From Octopus bimaculoides (lineage: Eukaryota), in contig NC_068993.1 of the NCBI RefSeq assembly GCF_001194135.2, positions 26,218,751 to 26,282,750 on the forward strand: 64,000 nt of DNA, written 5' to 3'. Shown piece after piece: positions 24,232 through 37,226 of the stretch (positions are counted from its first letter, which is position 1; each line of letters begins with the position of its first letter). The position numbers and the translations under genes were made by a program. The notes under the pieces were generated by a model. It saw nothing but the letters and a program-made list of their open reading frames with translations. It made no database searches and was not told the origin of the DNA.

Positions 24232-25093
24232 AAGAGGGTGCAATTGTCTAAATTATGCAAAAATGAAAATAACACTGACATCTCATTTTAACAGATATAT
24301 TTACCAAAATTAGATGACAATATCTTGAAATACTAAAGAGTAAATTTATTCAATAAAATCGCCATTAGCTTCAATTGCGGTCTCGGAATCTCCTGCAACT
24401 CTTCTGGGTGGCCTCCTTGTTTAAGTTGATGAATGCTGCCATAATCCTTGCCTTCAGTTCATCTTTGGTGTTACAAGGAGTTTTGCTGGTCTCTTGCTCA
24501 ACTGCACCCCACATATAATAATCAAGGGGGTTGCAGTCTGGGGAGTTAGGTGGCAAGATGTTAGGGGTGATGTGGTCGCAGAAATTGTCTGACGGCCATG
24601 ACTGGGTTCTCCTGCTTGTGTGGCATGGTGCAGAGTCTTGCTACCAGACATAGGGTCTTCCAGCAGCCACTCTCTTGACCCAGGGCAGCACTACCTCCTC
24701 CAAGCCCTTGATGTAGGTCTCCGTGTTGAGTCTGAGGCTGTGTGGGAAGACAAATGGTGGTATAACATCGCCATTACTAGTGATCACTCCAAACACCATG
24801 ATGTTGACTAGATGTTTGATTTTTATGACTCTTGCTACATGTTTTGGGGACACGGCAAGCCAACGGTTGTTCTATGTATTCACCATCTTTTCATATTGGA
24901 GCTTCCAGCACAAATGCCAAGCAGTACAGCATGTCATTTCCAAATTTCTGGCAGAGTGAATTGCATCATGGTGCTGTTTTTCTCACAGATGATGCCCAAC
25001 TACTATACTGAGTAGTTGACAAAATCAAAAGCAAACAATGCACATGCACGAAATTAAAATTATAAAATGGTGACAATTTACCCATCACACTTG
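24232..25093 (-). mobile_element. Internally deleted maT (DD37D) transposon
   Basis: QDSAPCHTS...PPNSPDCNPLDY gives 37 residues between the aspartates; degenerate TIRs; inserted in (TA)n; first-D/HTH region deleted. Confidence 0.88.
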
Positions 25094-25210
25094 TATATAN
25101 NNNNNNNNNNNNNNNNNNNNNNNNNNNNNNNNNNNNNNNNNNNNNNNNNNNNNNNNNNNNNNNNNNNNNNNNNNNNNNNNNNNNNNNNNNNTATATATAT
25201 ATATATATAT

Positions 25211-25243
<33 letters not shown>

Positions 25244-25344
25244 GTTTAACATCCGCTTTCCATGCTGGCATGGGTTGGACGGTTTGACTGAGGACTGGCG
25301 AACCAGATGGCTGCACCAGGCTCCAATTTGATCTGGCAGAGTTT
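25211..25344 (-). mobile_element. RTE LINE 3' tail (short truncated copy)
   Basis: (ATC)n followed by the reverse complement of the RTE terminus. Confidence 0.85.
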
Positions 25345-25408
25345 TGGGATCTGATGATATGCCATAAATCTGAACCCTTTATGGTTGGGAAACCTCAGAT
25401 AATCCCAT
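25345..25408 (+). ncRNA. Type I hammerhead-ribozyme-like motif, intact core
   Basis: Stem I tgggat/atccca, CTGATGA, stem II ccataaa/tttatgg, GAAA, stem III acct/agat, cleavage triplet ATA (one C-A mismatch). Confidence 0.6.
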
Positions 25409-25729
25409 AAAGCGGCCTTCCTCATTTTCAATATGTATATATGTATGTAGAAAGGGACTACACATGTGTATGTGTACTAAAAAAAGTACAACTACATAAA
25501 TGTAAGTTGATACAAAAATGTAAATTGATATCATCAATGCTGTGTACATATATACTCCAGTATACGGAAGTAGATATGACTTGTATATAAATTAAGTGTG
25601 TATATGTATACTGCATACCAGTATCTATATGAATATAATATGCCAATTTGTTCTTTTTGTACGTACCTGTCATGTGTGTCACACTTACTTCAAAGAAGAA
25701 GTGAACAGCAAAGCAAGAGAGAAGAGGAC

Positions 25730-25895
25730 AGAGAGGAAGTAAGAGAGAAAGAGAGAGAGTGAAAGAGACAGTGAATGGTGATGACATTCGTTTTGTGTTT
25801 TTAAAGGTTTCAGAGAGGAAGTAAGCGAGAGAGAGANNNNNNNNNNATGGTGATGACATTCGTTTTGTGTTTTTAAAGGTTTCAGAGAGGAAGTA

Positions 25896-25941
<46 letters not shown>

Positions 25942-26165
25942 AGAAAGAGAGAGAGAGAGAAAGAAAGAGAGAAAGAGAGAAAGAGAAAGAGAGAAAGAGA
26001 AAGAGTGAAAGAGACAGTGAGTGGTGACAGCATTTGTTTTGTGTCTTTAAATGTTTCAGAGAGGAAGTAAGAAAGAAAGAGAGAGAGAGAGAGAGAGAGT
26101 GAGAAAGAGAGAGAGTGAAAGACACAATGTGTGGTGACAGTGTTCATTTTGTGTTTTTAAATGTT
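25730..26165. repeat. Tandem array of a ~50-60-bp conserved core separated by GA-rich microsatellite spacers
   Basis: Core ggtga(t/c)(g/a)catt(c/t)gttttgtgt(t/c)tttaaa(g/t)gtttcagagaggaagtaag appears ~4 times; two copies flank a 10-N gap. Confidence 0.8.
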
Positions 26166-26769
26166 TATCACATCGTAAGAAAGATAGATACATAGACACA
26201 TACACACATTGTTAAATTAAAAGTGGGAGAGAGGATGGAAACAGAGGAAGTGAAAGAGAAAGAGAGAAAGTAAGAGAGACAGTAGATACATAGATCTAAA
26301 GAAATGTTGATACATAGCCACATAACTACAGCAAATATTGGATGTCACTTTCACTTTTCATTACCACATGAGGATAAAATTAGCTCACAAGTGACTGAGT
26401 ACTCCACAGGCATGCATATTGTTAATGTAGTTCTCAGGAAGATTTAGGCTCACACAGAATATGACAAGGTTGGCCCCTTTGAATTGTGGCTACAACTTAT
26501 TTTGGCCAGCTGAGTGAAATGGAGCAAGATAAACCTTCAAGTGTTTGGAAGAGAACGAAAAAAGATCCTGTATAGGGTTTCACAGATCTGGAGGCCAAGC
26601 CTCCAGATAAACACCAATGCACAAGCTGTTGTTATCAAACTGAGTGTGAGTTGAGGGCAAATACATGATGGAATAGCAATTATTTCATCTTTGCTTTCAC
26701 TGCTTATACTAAACGCATGACATTTTTGCCTTACAATATGGAACATTTCTTTTTCTTTCACTTTCTTTA

Positions 26770-27080
26770 AAAAATGGCACTCCATCGGTTACAACAACAA
26801 GGTTCCTGTTCATCTGATCAACAAACAGTCTGCTTGTAAAATTAACGTGCAAGTGGCTGAGTACTCCTCAGGCATACATACGATAAGGTAGTTCTGAGGG
26901 AGATTCAGCCTCACAAGGCTAGTAGCCCCTTTGAAATACAGCTACAACTCATTTGTGCCAGCTGCACAAGGTGAAGTAGAGTACCTTGCTCAAAAACACA
27001 GCATGCTGCAGGGAATCGTACTCATGACTTTACAATCGTGGGCCGAATATCCCTAACCACTGAGCCATGCACCTTCACTC
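26770..27080 (-). mobile_element. tRNA-derived SINE, family C
   Basis: Minus-strand head tggctcagtggttaggg..gagtacgattccc; head and central domain shared with 49928-50256; partial copy at 26380-26540. Confidence 0.7.
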
Positions 27081-27559
27081 TCTTAACTGTAGAGAAAAGG
27101 AGTGAAGCGGTAGAGACAGAGAAGGGAAAGCCTCAGTCATTTACAATAACAATTAGACTGAAATATGATTGATCTTTTCAAGCTTCTTTACTTTTAACAA
27201 CGAAGAGGGAAAGACATTTAGCAATAAATAAAGGGAAAGTCTTTCAGGAGTTTACATTTTCATTCTGAGAGTTCTAGAATGATCAAGTGTTAGTTCTCTC
27301 TTCTTTGCTCCAGACCCCAGTACTTCTTTCATAGCTCTTCATGTCTTCAAGTTGGGTGGGGAAAGACCATATTTTTTTTCCAAGCATGTTTAATGTCTTC
27401 TCTACAAACTATAAACAAGCCCCACTCCCTTCCTTTTTTTCATACAAACACTAATGCACATTTCGAATGGGGTATAGCTGTGAAAAGAGCCCTACAAAAT
27501 GGGTGGGGGAGAAAAGTTGCCAGCAGGTAGCTAAAGGAAATTCAACTCGATACTTTAAA

Positions 27560-27880
27560 AAGTGTCTTCTACTATAGCCTTGGGCCAACCAAGGCCTTGT
27601 GAATGAATTTGGTAGACGGAAACTGAAAGAAGCCCATCAGATATATATATATTATATTTTTATGTGTGTGTGTGTTTGCATCTGTGTTTGTCCCCCCTCC
27701 ACCATTGTTTGACAACCAATGTTGGTGTGTTTGCATCCCCGTAGCTTAGCTGTTCAGTAGAAGAGACTGAAAGAATAAGCACCAGGCTTATAGGGAATAA
27801 GTCCAGGGGTCGATTTCTTCGACTAAAGGGTGGTGCTCCAGCATGGTCACCATCAAATGACTGAAAAAAGTAAAAGAATA
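27560..27880 (+). mobile_element. SINE family A
   Basis: gtgtcttctactatagcc..gaaactgaaagaagccc, microsatellite, then 3' module. Confidence 0.75.
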
Positions 27881-28214
27881 CCAGAAGAACGTTCCGTACC
27901 CCTAAACCAAGAAGGTTCTTTGAATATGTACGATGTATTTTAAGGCTAAATAGTAATTTTGTTTACGTTTGCGTAACAGATATTTTGGTTGGATTATATA
28001 GTTATCGGTTTTATATGTCTTTCTATATTCTTTAACTGTCATAAGATAGAAATATTTCTCATGGCACCAGCACACAATTTACAGGTGCTTACATTTTTTA
28101 ATATTTTCCATGAATTTTTCATGGATCCAGCTAGTCTATATAAATATAATACTATAAGCACACTTAAGAACACAAATATACATGAATATAAAACATGCAT
28201 CCAGACACATATAC

Positions 28215-28566
28215 CTATCATTTATCTTTTACTTGTTTCACTCACTTGACCATAGCCATGCTGGAGCACTGCCTCGAAGAATTTTTAGGGGAATGAATCA
28301 ACTCCAGTGCTTATTTTTTGTTTCAAGTCTAGTGCTTATTCTATCAGACTCTTTTGCTGAACTGCTAGATTACAGGGATATAAACACACCAACACTAGTT
28401 GTCAAGTAGTGGTGGAGGACAAACACGAACACCAGACAGACAGATACACACACACACACACACACATGCACACATATATATATATGTATGTGTGCATGTA
28501 TGTATGCATGTATGTATGCATGTATGTATGCATGTATGTATGCATGAATGTATGTGTGTGCGTGTG

Positions 28567-28658
<92 letters not shown>

Positions 28659-28810
28659 ATGGGCAGTCTTCCAGTTTCCATCTACCAAATCCACTCAGAA
28701 GGCTTTGGTCTGCCCTAGGCTACAGTAGGGGATATTTGTCCAAGGTGCCACACAGTGAGATGGAACCCAAAACTATGTAGTAGGGGAGCAAACTTCTTAC
28801 CACACGGCCA
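28215..28810 (-). mobile_element. SINE family A with expanded internal microsatellite
   Basis: A-box tggccgtgtgg; ~230-bp compound CA/TATG/TA tract between the modules. Confidence 0.8.
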
Positions 28811-29726
28811 CGTTGTCACCTGTATATTTACATATACAAACATCTACATATGTATGCATATACTCATATGTACATGCCCACAGCCTTTGGGCTGAAACAT
28901 GTAAAAGAGTAAAAGAATAAAGGTACACCTTTACCTTTAGACTCTTATACAGTTGCAGAAGTACTTAAAGACAACCATTTAAGACAAAACCCTAGACTTG
29001 ACCTGTCTCTGGCCTGTGCTCCTATACAAAACTAACTTGTTGCACTTGCATCTATATACTTGCTTGAATGAACCCTAACTATTGCTTAAAATTAAGCATT
29101 AAACATAACGAACTTGACTAGATTCAATAATGCTTTCAGCACAAAGCCCTGAATGCAACCTGTTTGTGACCTGCCTGTGGCCTATATTCCTCTACAAATC
29201 TAACACTAAGTACCAGTATTACATGCTCAAATATGCCCTAACAATAACATATAAACAATAGTTTCTTACACCAAATCTAAGCAGTTTAGCCGAAGCTGCC
29301 TAAATAGTTTTAACAAAGCTTTAATTATCAAACCAGAAAAATGTCTTACCATCTCTTCATTTCTATTGCTACCCTACAAGGGTTACTTTTATCTTTCTCC
29401 CCTCCCACCCACTCCTTATCATGCTACTTCTTTCTTCCCACAAACTCTTTTTTATGTTCCCCATTAAAATATCCATAAAGATATTTCTATACATACCACA
29501 AAACTACTCACACTTAATTTGCAATTACATTGCTCCTACAAGATAAAACCCCAAAATTATACGAACTTAGAAAACCAAAGTAATTTACAATCCAGTGAAG
29601 ACTTCAAAGTAGCTGTTAATTTTCCCCTTAAAAAAATATAATAAACATGTTACTCTATAGAAAGGTGTTGAGTGAGTCTCCAATTTAATGTTTGCTTTTA
29701 TATCTAGCAATAAATAAAAATGAACA

Positions 29727-29803
<77 letters not shown>

Positions 29804-29916
29804 CTTCATCATCCTCATCATCCTCATGATCATTTAATGGTCATATCCCTTGTTGACATGGATTGGACACTAGCATATTCACATATATACATACATACAC
29901 ACAAACACACACACAT

Positions 29917-29955
<39 letters not shown>

Positions 29956-30679
29956 CACGCACGCACACACACACACATACATACATACATACATACATAC
30001 ATACATACATACATACATAAATACATACATACATAGTTAGTAAATGCTTAAAGAAGAATCTGGATTAACAGAGATTTTTAAAAAGAGAAATCAACTGGCT
30101 AATTTGTACATTACAAGTGAAATCTGTGAATGGAACAGTAAAAATATGCAAGACTCTTCTCAAGTTCCAAATGTGAATTTGTCTGTGTTAACTACATCCC
30201 AAAGATGGAGCCTTGTATCTTTGTTGGAAACTGGCTCCTTCCTCAGTAGAAGATTTATATAATTAAAAAATAGAAGCGATATTTATACATATACATACAT
30301 AGTTCACAAATGAGATCAAATATTCTCCATACAGAAGACACTTAGTAGTGCTCAAAAGATTCAAAATATGTATATATATGTATATGCATAAAATGGTCCA
30401 ACTTACACAGAGTACAAATGACAGAGAAAATTAAAGGGGTGGACGAAAGCTATTACAAGTCCAACAGCTGTTTTGGGGGGCTTGGCAATCCATAATAATG
30501 TTTGCAGAATTAGTCCATCAGAAAGTTCTTTCAAAAAATACCTTCACTTTTTGATCGGATTTTGTTTCCTTTCCCTTTTATGCAAGCTGTCAAGTTTAAC
30601 CCAAATACCCTGTGTGTGTGTGTGTGCGTACGTGCGCGTGTGTGTGTGTGTGCATGCACACATATATGTGAATGTATAT

Positions 30680-30850
30680 ATATATAGGGAGAATTCACAC
30701 AAAAAAAACAACAGACGAAGACAGATGGTGTAGAAAACAAATAGATGTATTAGTATAATGCTCGGGAATTGAAAAAGTCTTTAATGTTACAAGCCTACGC
30801 TCTTCCACAGAAAGGAGCACAGAAAGAAACAAGGAGAGAAACAAAGAGAG
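30680..30850 (-). mobile_element. PLE terminal-like fragment (same family as 13300-13480)
   Basis: Minus strand cttt-ctgtgga-a-gagc(gtag)gctt-gtaac-att-aaag at 30779-30814. Confidence 0.6.
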
Positions 30851-31407
30851 AGAAAAATGTGTGTAGTGGTTAGCGATCTATCATGGCGAATACATATCTA
30901 TATTTATATATATATATACATATATATATATANNNNNNNNNNNNNNNNNNNNNNNNNNNNNNNNNNNNNNNNNNNNNNNNNNNNNNNNNNNNNNNNNNNN
31001 NNNNNNNNNNNNNNNNNNNNNNNNNNNNNNNNNNNNNNNNNNNNNNNNNNNNNNNNNNNNNNNNNTATATATATGCATGTAGTTGTATGTAAAAAACGTT
31101 TTCCTCTTTTTTTTAGTTATTGTTGCAATATCCAAATCATATTGAACTAGAATTTTTATATGGCTAGTGGACAGGGACAGCATAAAGTAACCACTGTTGA
31201 TACCTGAGTTAGTTAGGTAGGAGGTGAAGAAATTTATCCTCTCTAAGGAGGACCATGAAAGTAGCAAAGTAATGATTCAAAACACCAGATTAGCAGGGAG
31301 AGCAAGTTAGCAGAAAGAAGATGCAGTCAAGAAGGGTATCACAATCCATGGGATTGAGTAAAAAAACTGGCACTAGACAATTTATTTATTGTAAAGCAGA
31401 AAGGTTA

Positions 31408-32651
31408 TGAGGGAGGGCTTAAAAATTCATTGTCTGACTACGCTGGGGTGATAAATTCAACACCTCATATTAATGAATGCATTGTTTCTTTCAAGGTAAA
31501 CTGATATCTGACAGTTCAAAGACAACTTCAAAAATAACTAACAGCAACTTCTCTTGAAAATGGATAAAATTTAGTATTGTAGTGTTATCAAGTACCTTCA
31601 GAAAAGGGTCTAACTTCCAAGAATATTCATACTGACATGTTTGCTACATTAGGGATGATACTTCAGCTTTATCAATAGTGCAAATGTTGCCAGCCAAATT
31701 TAGAAGAGAGGGTCTTGGAGATGGCCCAAGGTTTGAACATCCTGCAACTGCCAAGGAAAACATTGATCATGTTCATTGCATGCTGATGGATAACAGGTAA
31801 TTGACTATAAATCAAATAGCCAATGTTATTAGTATGTCCTGTGAGAAAGTTGAGAATATTCTGCACAATGAACTTGGCATTGAAGGCTTCTATTCAGTGG
31901 GTGCCACATCTCCTGACACTTGGTCAAAAGTACACCAGGTTGATCACATCACTGAAAAATCTGACATTGAAGCAGATCCAGCTGGTTTCCTTGAACGTTT
32001 TCTAATCCAGGATGAGTGTTGGCTTTATCACTTTGAGCCAGTGACAAAGAGACAATCCATGTAATGGAAACATCCCTCCTCACCTGTTCCAAAGAAGCCC
32101 AAGGTTGTTTCAACTGCAGGGAGGGTGATGGCTTCAGATTTTTGGAGATGCAAAAGGCATTATGTTTATTAACTATCTTCAAAAACCACATCATCAATGG
32201 TGAGTGCTATATCAATTTGTTGAAGCAGTTATGAAAGGCAATTAAGACCAAATGCCTAGGAAAATTATTGAAAGGGGTCTTATTTCATCAGAATAATGCT
32301 CCAGCACACAAGTCCTTGCTTTCAATGGCTGCTGTGTGTGACTGTGGATTTGAACTGGTTGATCATCCTGCCTATTCTCTTGATTTGGTTCCAACTGGCT
32401 ATCATCTGTTCCTCAACATGAAAAACATTTAGCTGGGAACTAGTATCACTTTGATGATGTTGTCGCATCTGCTGTTGATGACTTTTTTGACCAACAGGAC
32501 GAAAGCTTCTTCACCAATGGGATCCAAGCATTGCAACAGCAATAGAAGAAGTGTGTGGACCACAAGGGTACTATGTTGAAAAATAAACCTCCTTAGGTCA
32601 GATTTCTTGAGAGTATCTTGATCAGCCTGTGAACTTTTCAGCTGACTGTTA
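31408..32651 (+). mobile_element. Full-length mariner (DD34D), inactive
   Basis: Degenerate TIRs (..gct(t/g)aaaa(a/g)ttca..ctga), TA flanks, 1244 bp. Confidence 0.9.
31560..32586 (+). pseudogene. Decayed mariner transposase
   Basis: MDKI.., WVPHLL, FLIQDECWLYHFEP, HQNNAPAH (D to N), YSLDLVPTGY (D to G); stops and frameshifts. Confidence 0.9.
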
Positions 32652-32942
32652 TACATTATTTGAGCAAAGGTGCATTTTCCTTAGACTTGAGGGAGTGTTA
32701 GAAAAGAAAGGATAAAAACAGAAAACTATGCAAGTCCAAATAAAGATAAGCAAGAGTCTTAAACTCCCTCACAAGGAGGTAACCACCATGCTAAGGTCTT
32801 ATGCTATCCAAATCAATGGTGAGAACCTGATGGGTATATAGACTGGACTGAAGAAGGAGAATGAGAGGAAAACTTTGCACATTCAGGAAGAGATGGTGAA
32901 AAATTATACTGAACATAAAAGTAATAGACTATATTCTTTATA

Positions 32943-34200
32943 CCATGGGTTAGCAAACATTTTTTTTTTACCTGGGGGCCAAATAGGGTATCAAGGAATG
33001 GATAAAAGATTAGATAAAGGCAAAAACGTTTGGAACATTGGGATTGTCTGCTTAAATACATCTAATTATATTTTTCATTAGATCAATGAATGATGCATTC
33101 TAGAAAATACTGTTTTTTAGCCAATTAGTAATCAAAGATCTCAACTTAATTGCAATTTATTACAGTCAACACATCTTTTGAATCTATTAAAGACAGAAAA
33201 TCTTTAAAACATGAAATGTATGAACATGGTGCATTGAATAGTGGTAAATTAAGTATAATAAAAAAGAAGATTCATTAATTTCAATATAAACAGTTAATGA
33301 TTCAATGTGAAACTTTACACTGTTTCTTACTTGAAAGCTTTTCAATATTGGATGTTAGACTTGTTGATGCCAATAGCAAGACATTAACCTGATGGGCATC
33401 AGCTAATTTTGTTCTTGAATAGTTTTCAGTTTTTCATTTTTGAAAATAATTGCTGACAAACAATAATGCCATTTCTTTTGCATCGATAAATATGTTAGGA
33501 TACTTCCCACTTGGATGAATATATTTTTAAAAGTACTGACACATCTTCAGAATTAAATTGTGATCTCCAGATGTTGTTACACTGCATCTCAATCAATTTC
33601 ATTTGATAATTTTCTGATGTAGTGTCCACTTCCACATCAATAGCAAACAACTTGCATTCATATTCACCAAAATACCTAGACCCTGTACGTCTGTTTTTTT
33701 ATGCTGGTATTCCAACAACTGCAGCTTTGTTTCAAATGATACAATATGACCATACAGCTCATAAGTCAACTGATCTTTTCTCTTTTGTGTTGCAAATACA
33801 AAATATTTAAATGAGATGTAATATCCACAATAAATGTCAAGGCTGCAAGCCAATCAGGATCACAAAATGGGATACACATGTGTAAAAACACTTTGACATA
33901 TATAAGCAACAAAAGAAACATTTAGAGAAAAACTTGGCCAATGTGTGGCATGATGTGTGCTATAATGATCAAAGTAAGGCTGTAATGAAGTGTGTGTCTT
34001 TAACATTAAAGGCTTAGTGTAAAAACAGGCCAAGCTTGAGCATCACACAGACTGCTGCCACAACATATTGGGAGATGAAACACAATAGGCATGGTCAGAA
34101 ACAAACCCTCAACTCACCAACACCTTTGTGATGCAGTGAGAAAAAATTGTGAGCATGAAGGGGACACAAAACATTTGGTCAGAAGGATCCTGTTCAGTCA
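32943..34200 (-). mobile_element. Decayed hAT (Charlie/Buster-like) 3' portion
   Basis: KDQLTYELYGHIVSFETKLQL, KYIHPSGKYPN, KLADAHQVNVLLLAS; terminal catgggttagcaaac near 32943. Confidence 0.7.
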
Positions 34201-34593
34201 TACAAGTTCTGATGAACCCTTGAAAATCACAATGCTGAAGTTATAAAAATTAGTGGTAACGATGTCTGGACAGGAGAGAGAAAGAATGATACAAAATTCT
34301 TACAAAAAATCACGTTAGTGTTTGTGTGTGTGTATAATATTAAAACAAAATATCTTTTACATACCTCTTAAAAATTACTGGATATATTAATCCCAGATTG
34401 CAGGTTGTAGTATATTAGGTCACCGTAATTCATTCATCGGAATAAAGAAAAACATTTTCCAATAATTCCGGTTTCTCCCCATCTTCCTTTTTCCAAACAA
34501 AAATAAGGGGCTTGTGGCACATTAGGCAACTGTAATGCATGCCGTTTGAAAGGTATATATATANNNNNNNNNNNNNNNNNNNNNNNNNNNNNN

Positions 34594-35095
34594 TGAATTT
34601 TCCAAAAGTCCTCTCCCCACCCCAAGACTTTCCCCACAAATTTCTTTATAACCATAATGTATGTCGTTTGAAGGGTATTTATATAAAATTTCATTAAAAG
34701 ATATCCATTTTCCTTAAAGTTATGAGGGGGGAAAAATCAGATCTCGTGAATTTTCCAAAAGTCCTCTCCCCACCCCAAGACTTTCCCCACAAATTTCTTT
34801 ATAACCATAATGTATGTCGTTTGAAGGGTATTTATATAAAATTTCATTAAAAAAAAAAACCATTTCCCTAACAGTTATGAGGGAAAAACATCGGATCTTT
34901 TGAATTTTCCAAAGTCCTCTCCCCACCCCCATGGAAAGATTTTACCCACAAATTTCTTTATCATCGTAATCTATGCCGTTTGAAAGGTATTTATATAAAA
35001 TTTCATTTACAAAACCCATCTTCCTAAAAGTCATGAGGGAAAAACTCAGATTTTGTAAATTTTCCGATGTCCCCATCCGCACCTCACCCCCATTG
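34594..35095. repeat. ~153-bp tandem minisatellite (3 full units plus partials)
   Basis: Units start at 34594, 34747, 34901 and ~35054; a degenerate unit lies at ~34460-34560. Confidence 0.92.
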
Positions 35096-35389
35096 CTTTC
35101 CGTGCATTTTTGTTTACATATCCATTTCCTACGCATTTTTTAAATACCTGTTGCACTATTTTTTTTTATTTTGTTTCCAGGTAATATTGTAAACATTAAC
35201 CAAATTATTTATTCTATTTTTGATATTTAATGTTCATTGTTACATTGGTGGACATTTCTTTGGATTATTTGTCCTATGTAAGTTGGAATTTCTCTCTTTT
35301 GACCAGGATCTTTCATTGCGTCATTGATTTCCTAAGATTATTTTCTGTTTTATTCAAATTGACTTTCAATCCACATGCGCACATGCACG

Positions 35390-36857
35390 CGAAATAGAAA
35401 ATGAATTGAAGCAGGCAAAATTTGTAGCTATTTTTGTAGATGAAACATCTGATGTATCAAACTGTTCACAACTGTCAACTGTTTAACATTATGTTACAAA
35501 AGATTGTGTTATTAAAGAACAATTTATTGGTTTTAATGATGTTAGTGCAGATCGTTCAGTAAATGCTTTATCTGAACATGTTTCTAAAAGCATTGAAACA
35601 TGGAAATGTGGAAACAAGTTAATTCCACAAACCTGTGATGGCGCTGCTACAATGGCATTACAATTAAATGGGTTGCAGTCAAAAGTAAAAGAGAAATATG
35701 AAGGTGCAATCTCTGTTCATTGTTGTGCTCACGTCCTAAATTTAGTTCTTTCACAAGCATGCTCTGCTATAAAAGAATCCAAGATTTTTTTTTTTTCTGC
35801 CATGAATGGACTGGGTACATTTTTATGAAATCACCTAAAATGGCTAATGCATCAGATAACATTGTTAAAAAAAGATTTCTCAAAACTACAGGAACTAGAT
35901 GGAACTACTCCTCACATCTTGTTCTTACTATAAAAGAAAATTGTAATTTCGTAATTAGCATTTCTTGAAGACATCATTGAAAACCCTGTAGCATGAGATG
36001 AGACCACAATAAACTCTGCTACTGGATTCTTACATGATTTAAAAGCTCACGATTTCTTATTTTTTATTAGAAGTATTTAGTGACATATTTTCTTTCACTG
36101 ATGTCTTATTTAACATCTTTCAAACTAAAAGTCATGACATAGTGTATTGTAAAAAGCAAATTGATAACACTAGAACCATGCTCAAAAATAAACTCAATGG
36201 GTTTTTCAATATTTTATATGTTAGGAGGAAAATATGGAATCGATGTAGCAATCGAAATTAAAAGATCCAGGAATAAATCTATTGATTCCCAACAACATTA
36301 TAAAATGCTTTATAACAAAATCATTGACACAATAGTTGACCAATTAAAAACGTAATATTCATCCTTAGAAGAGATTAAATTCATAGAACTTCTCAATTTC
36401 AGCAAAAGTGAGGAATATCGCAAAAAATTTCCAGTGCATACTTTAGATTCTTTAAAAACTACTTATGGTAGATTTTTTTTTTTTTTACATAATACGATTA
36501 CAGAGTTAACAAAATGTTTTGTATTCTATGCAAGATTTTACAAAGTAAACTGTGAATGATTTAATGCATTACATTTACATCAATGATATGATTGAAGCTA
36601 CGCCAGAACTCCTCAATCTTTGCAACCTTATTTTCACAATTCCGTCAATAACTGCCTCTGTAGAGCGATCCTTTTCTGCCTTGGAAAGAATTAAAACTTA
36701 CCAAAAAAATACAACAGGAGGGAAAAGATTTTCAGGGTTGTCTCTTATGTAAATCTAAAAAGATTTACTTCAACAACTGCTTAAAACAGATTTCTACAAC
36801 ATTGTAAGAAATATATTTGCTCTGAAAGATCGAAGAACTGAATAAATTTATAAATGA
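35390..36857 (+). pseudogene. Decayed hAT transposase (DUF4371/Tip100-ZMYM1-like)
   Basis: FVDETSDVS..EQFIGF..QTCDGAATM..VHCCAHVLNLVL..TRWN..IFTIPSITASVERSFSALERIK (hATC dimerization motif). Confidence 0.88.
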
Positions 36858-37011
36858 AGGATGTAAATAATAGTCTTTTGTACATCATTTAAACAAATTT
36901 TGAACACATTAAGAACACATTAAGACAGCAACTATCATGGCCATGTTACAAAACTAATTTAGTTCTCTTAATTAAACAATTTAAAATGTGAATCAGCTCA
37001 ACCAGTAAGTA

Positions 37012-37226
37012 CAAGGGTGAGTTGAAAATTTCATAGGCTGACTATGAAGGAGTGATGCCAGAAACCTTGCATGCATTCATTTCAATTCCACATATTAATA
37101 ACTGCATTGCTTCCTTTCAGGTAAACTGATATCTGACTGTTCAAAGAAGACTTCAAAAGTAACTAGTAATAATTTCTCTCGAAAATAGATAAAATTTGGC
37201 ATTGTGGTGTTATCATGTACCTTCAG
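37012..37226 (+). mobile_element. 5' fragment of the mariner family seen at 31408
   Basis: TA + TIR (..ttgaaaatttcataggctgac) and 5' UTR matching 31408-31600; truncated where the LTR element starts. Confidence 0.8.

Noticed and set aside
25730-26165. CRISPR-like repeat/spacer pattern
   Set aside because: The spacers are GA microsatellite variants, the context is eukaryotic and there are no cas genes.
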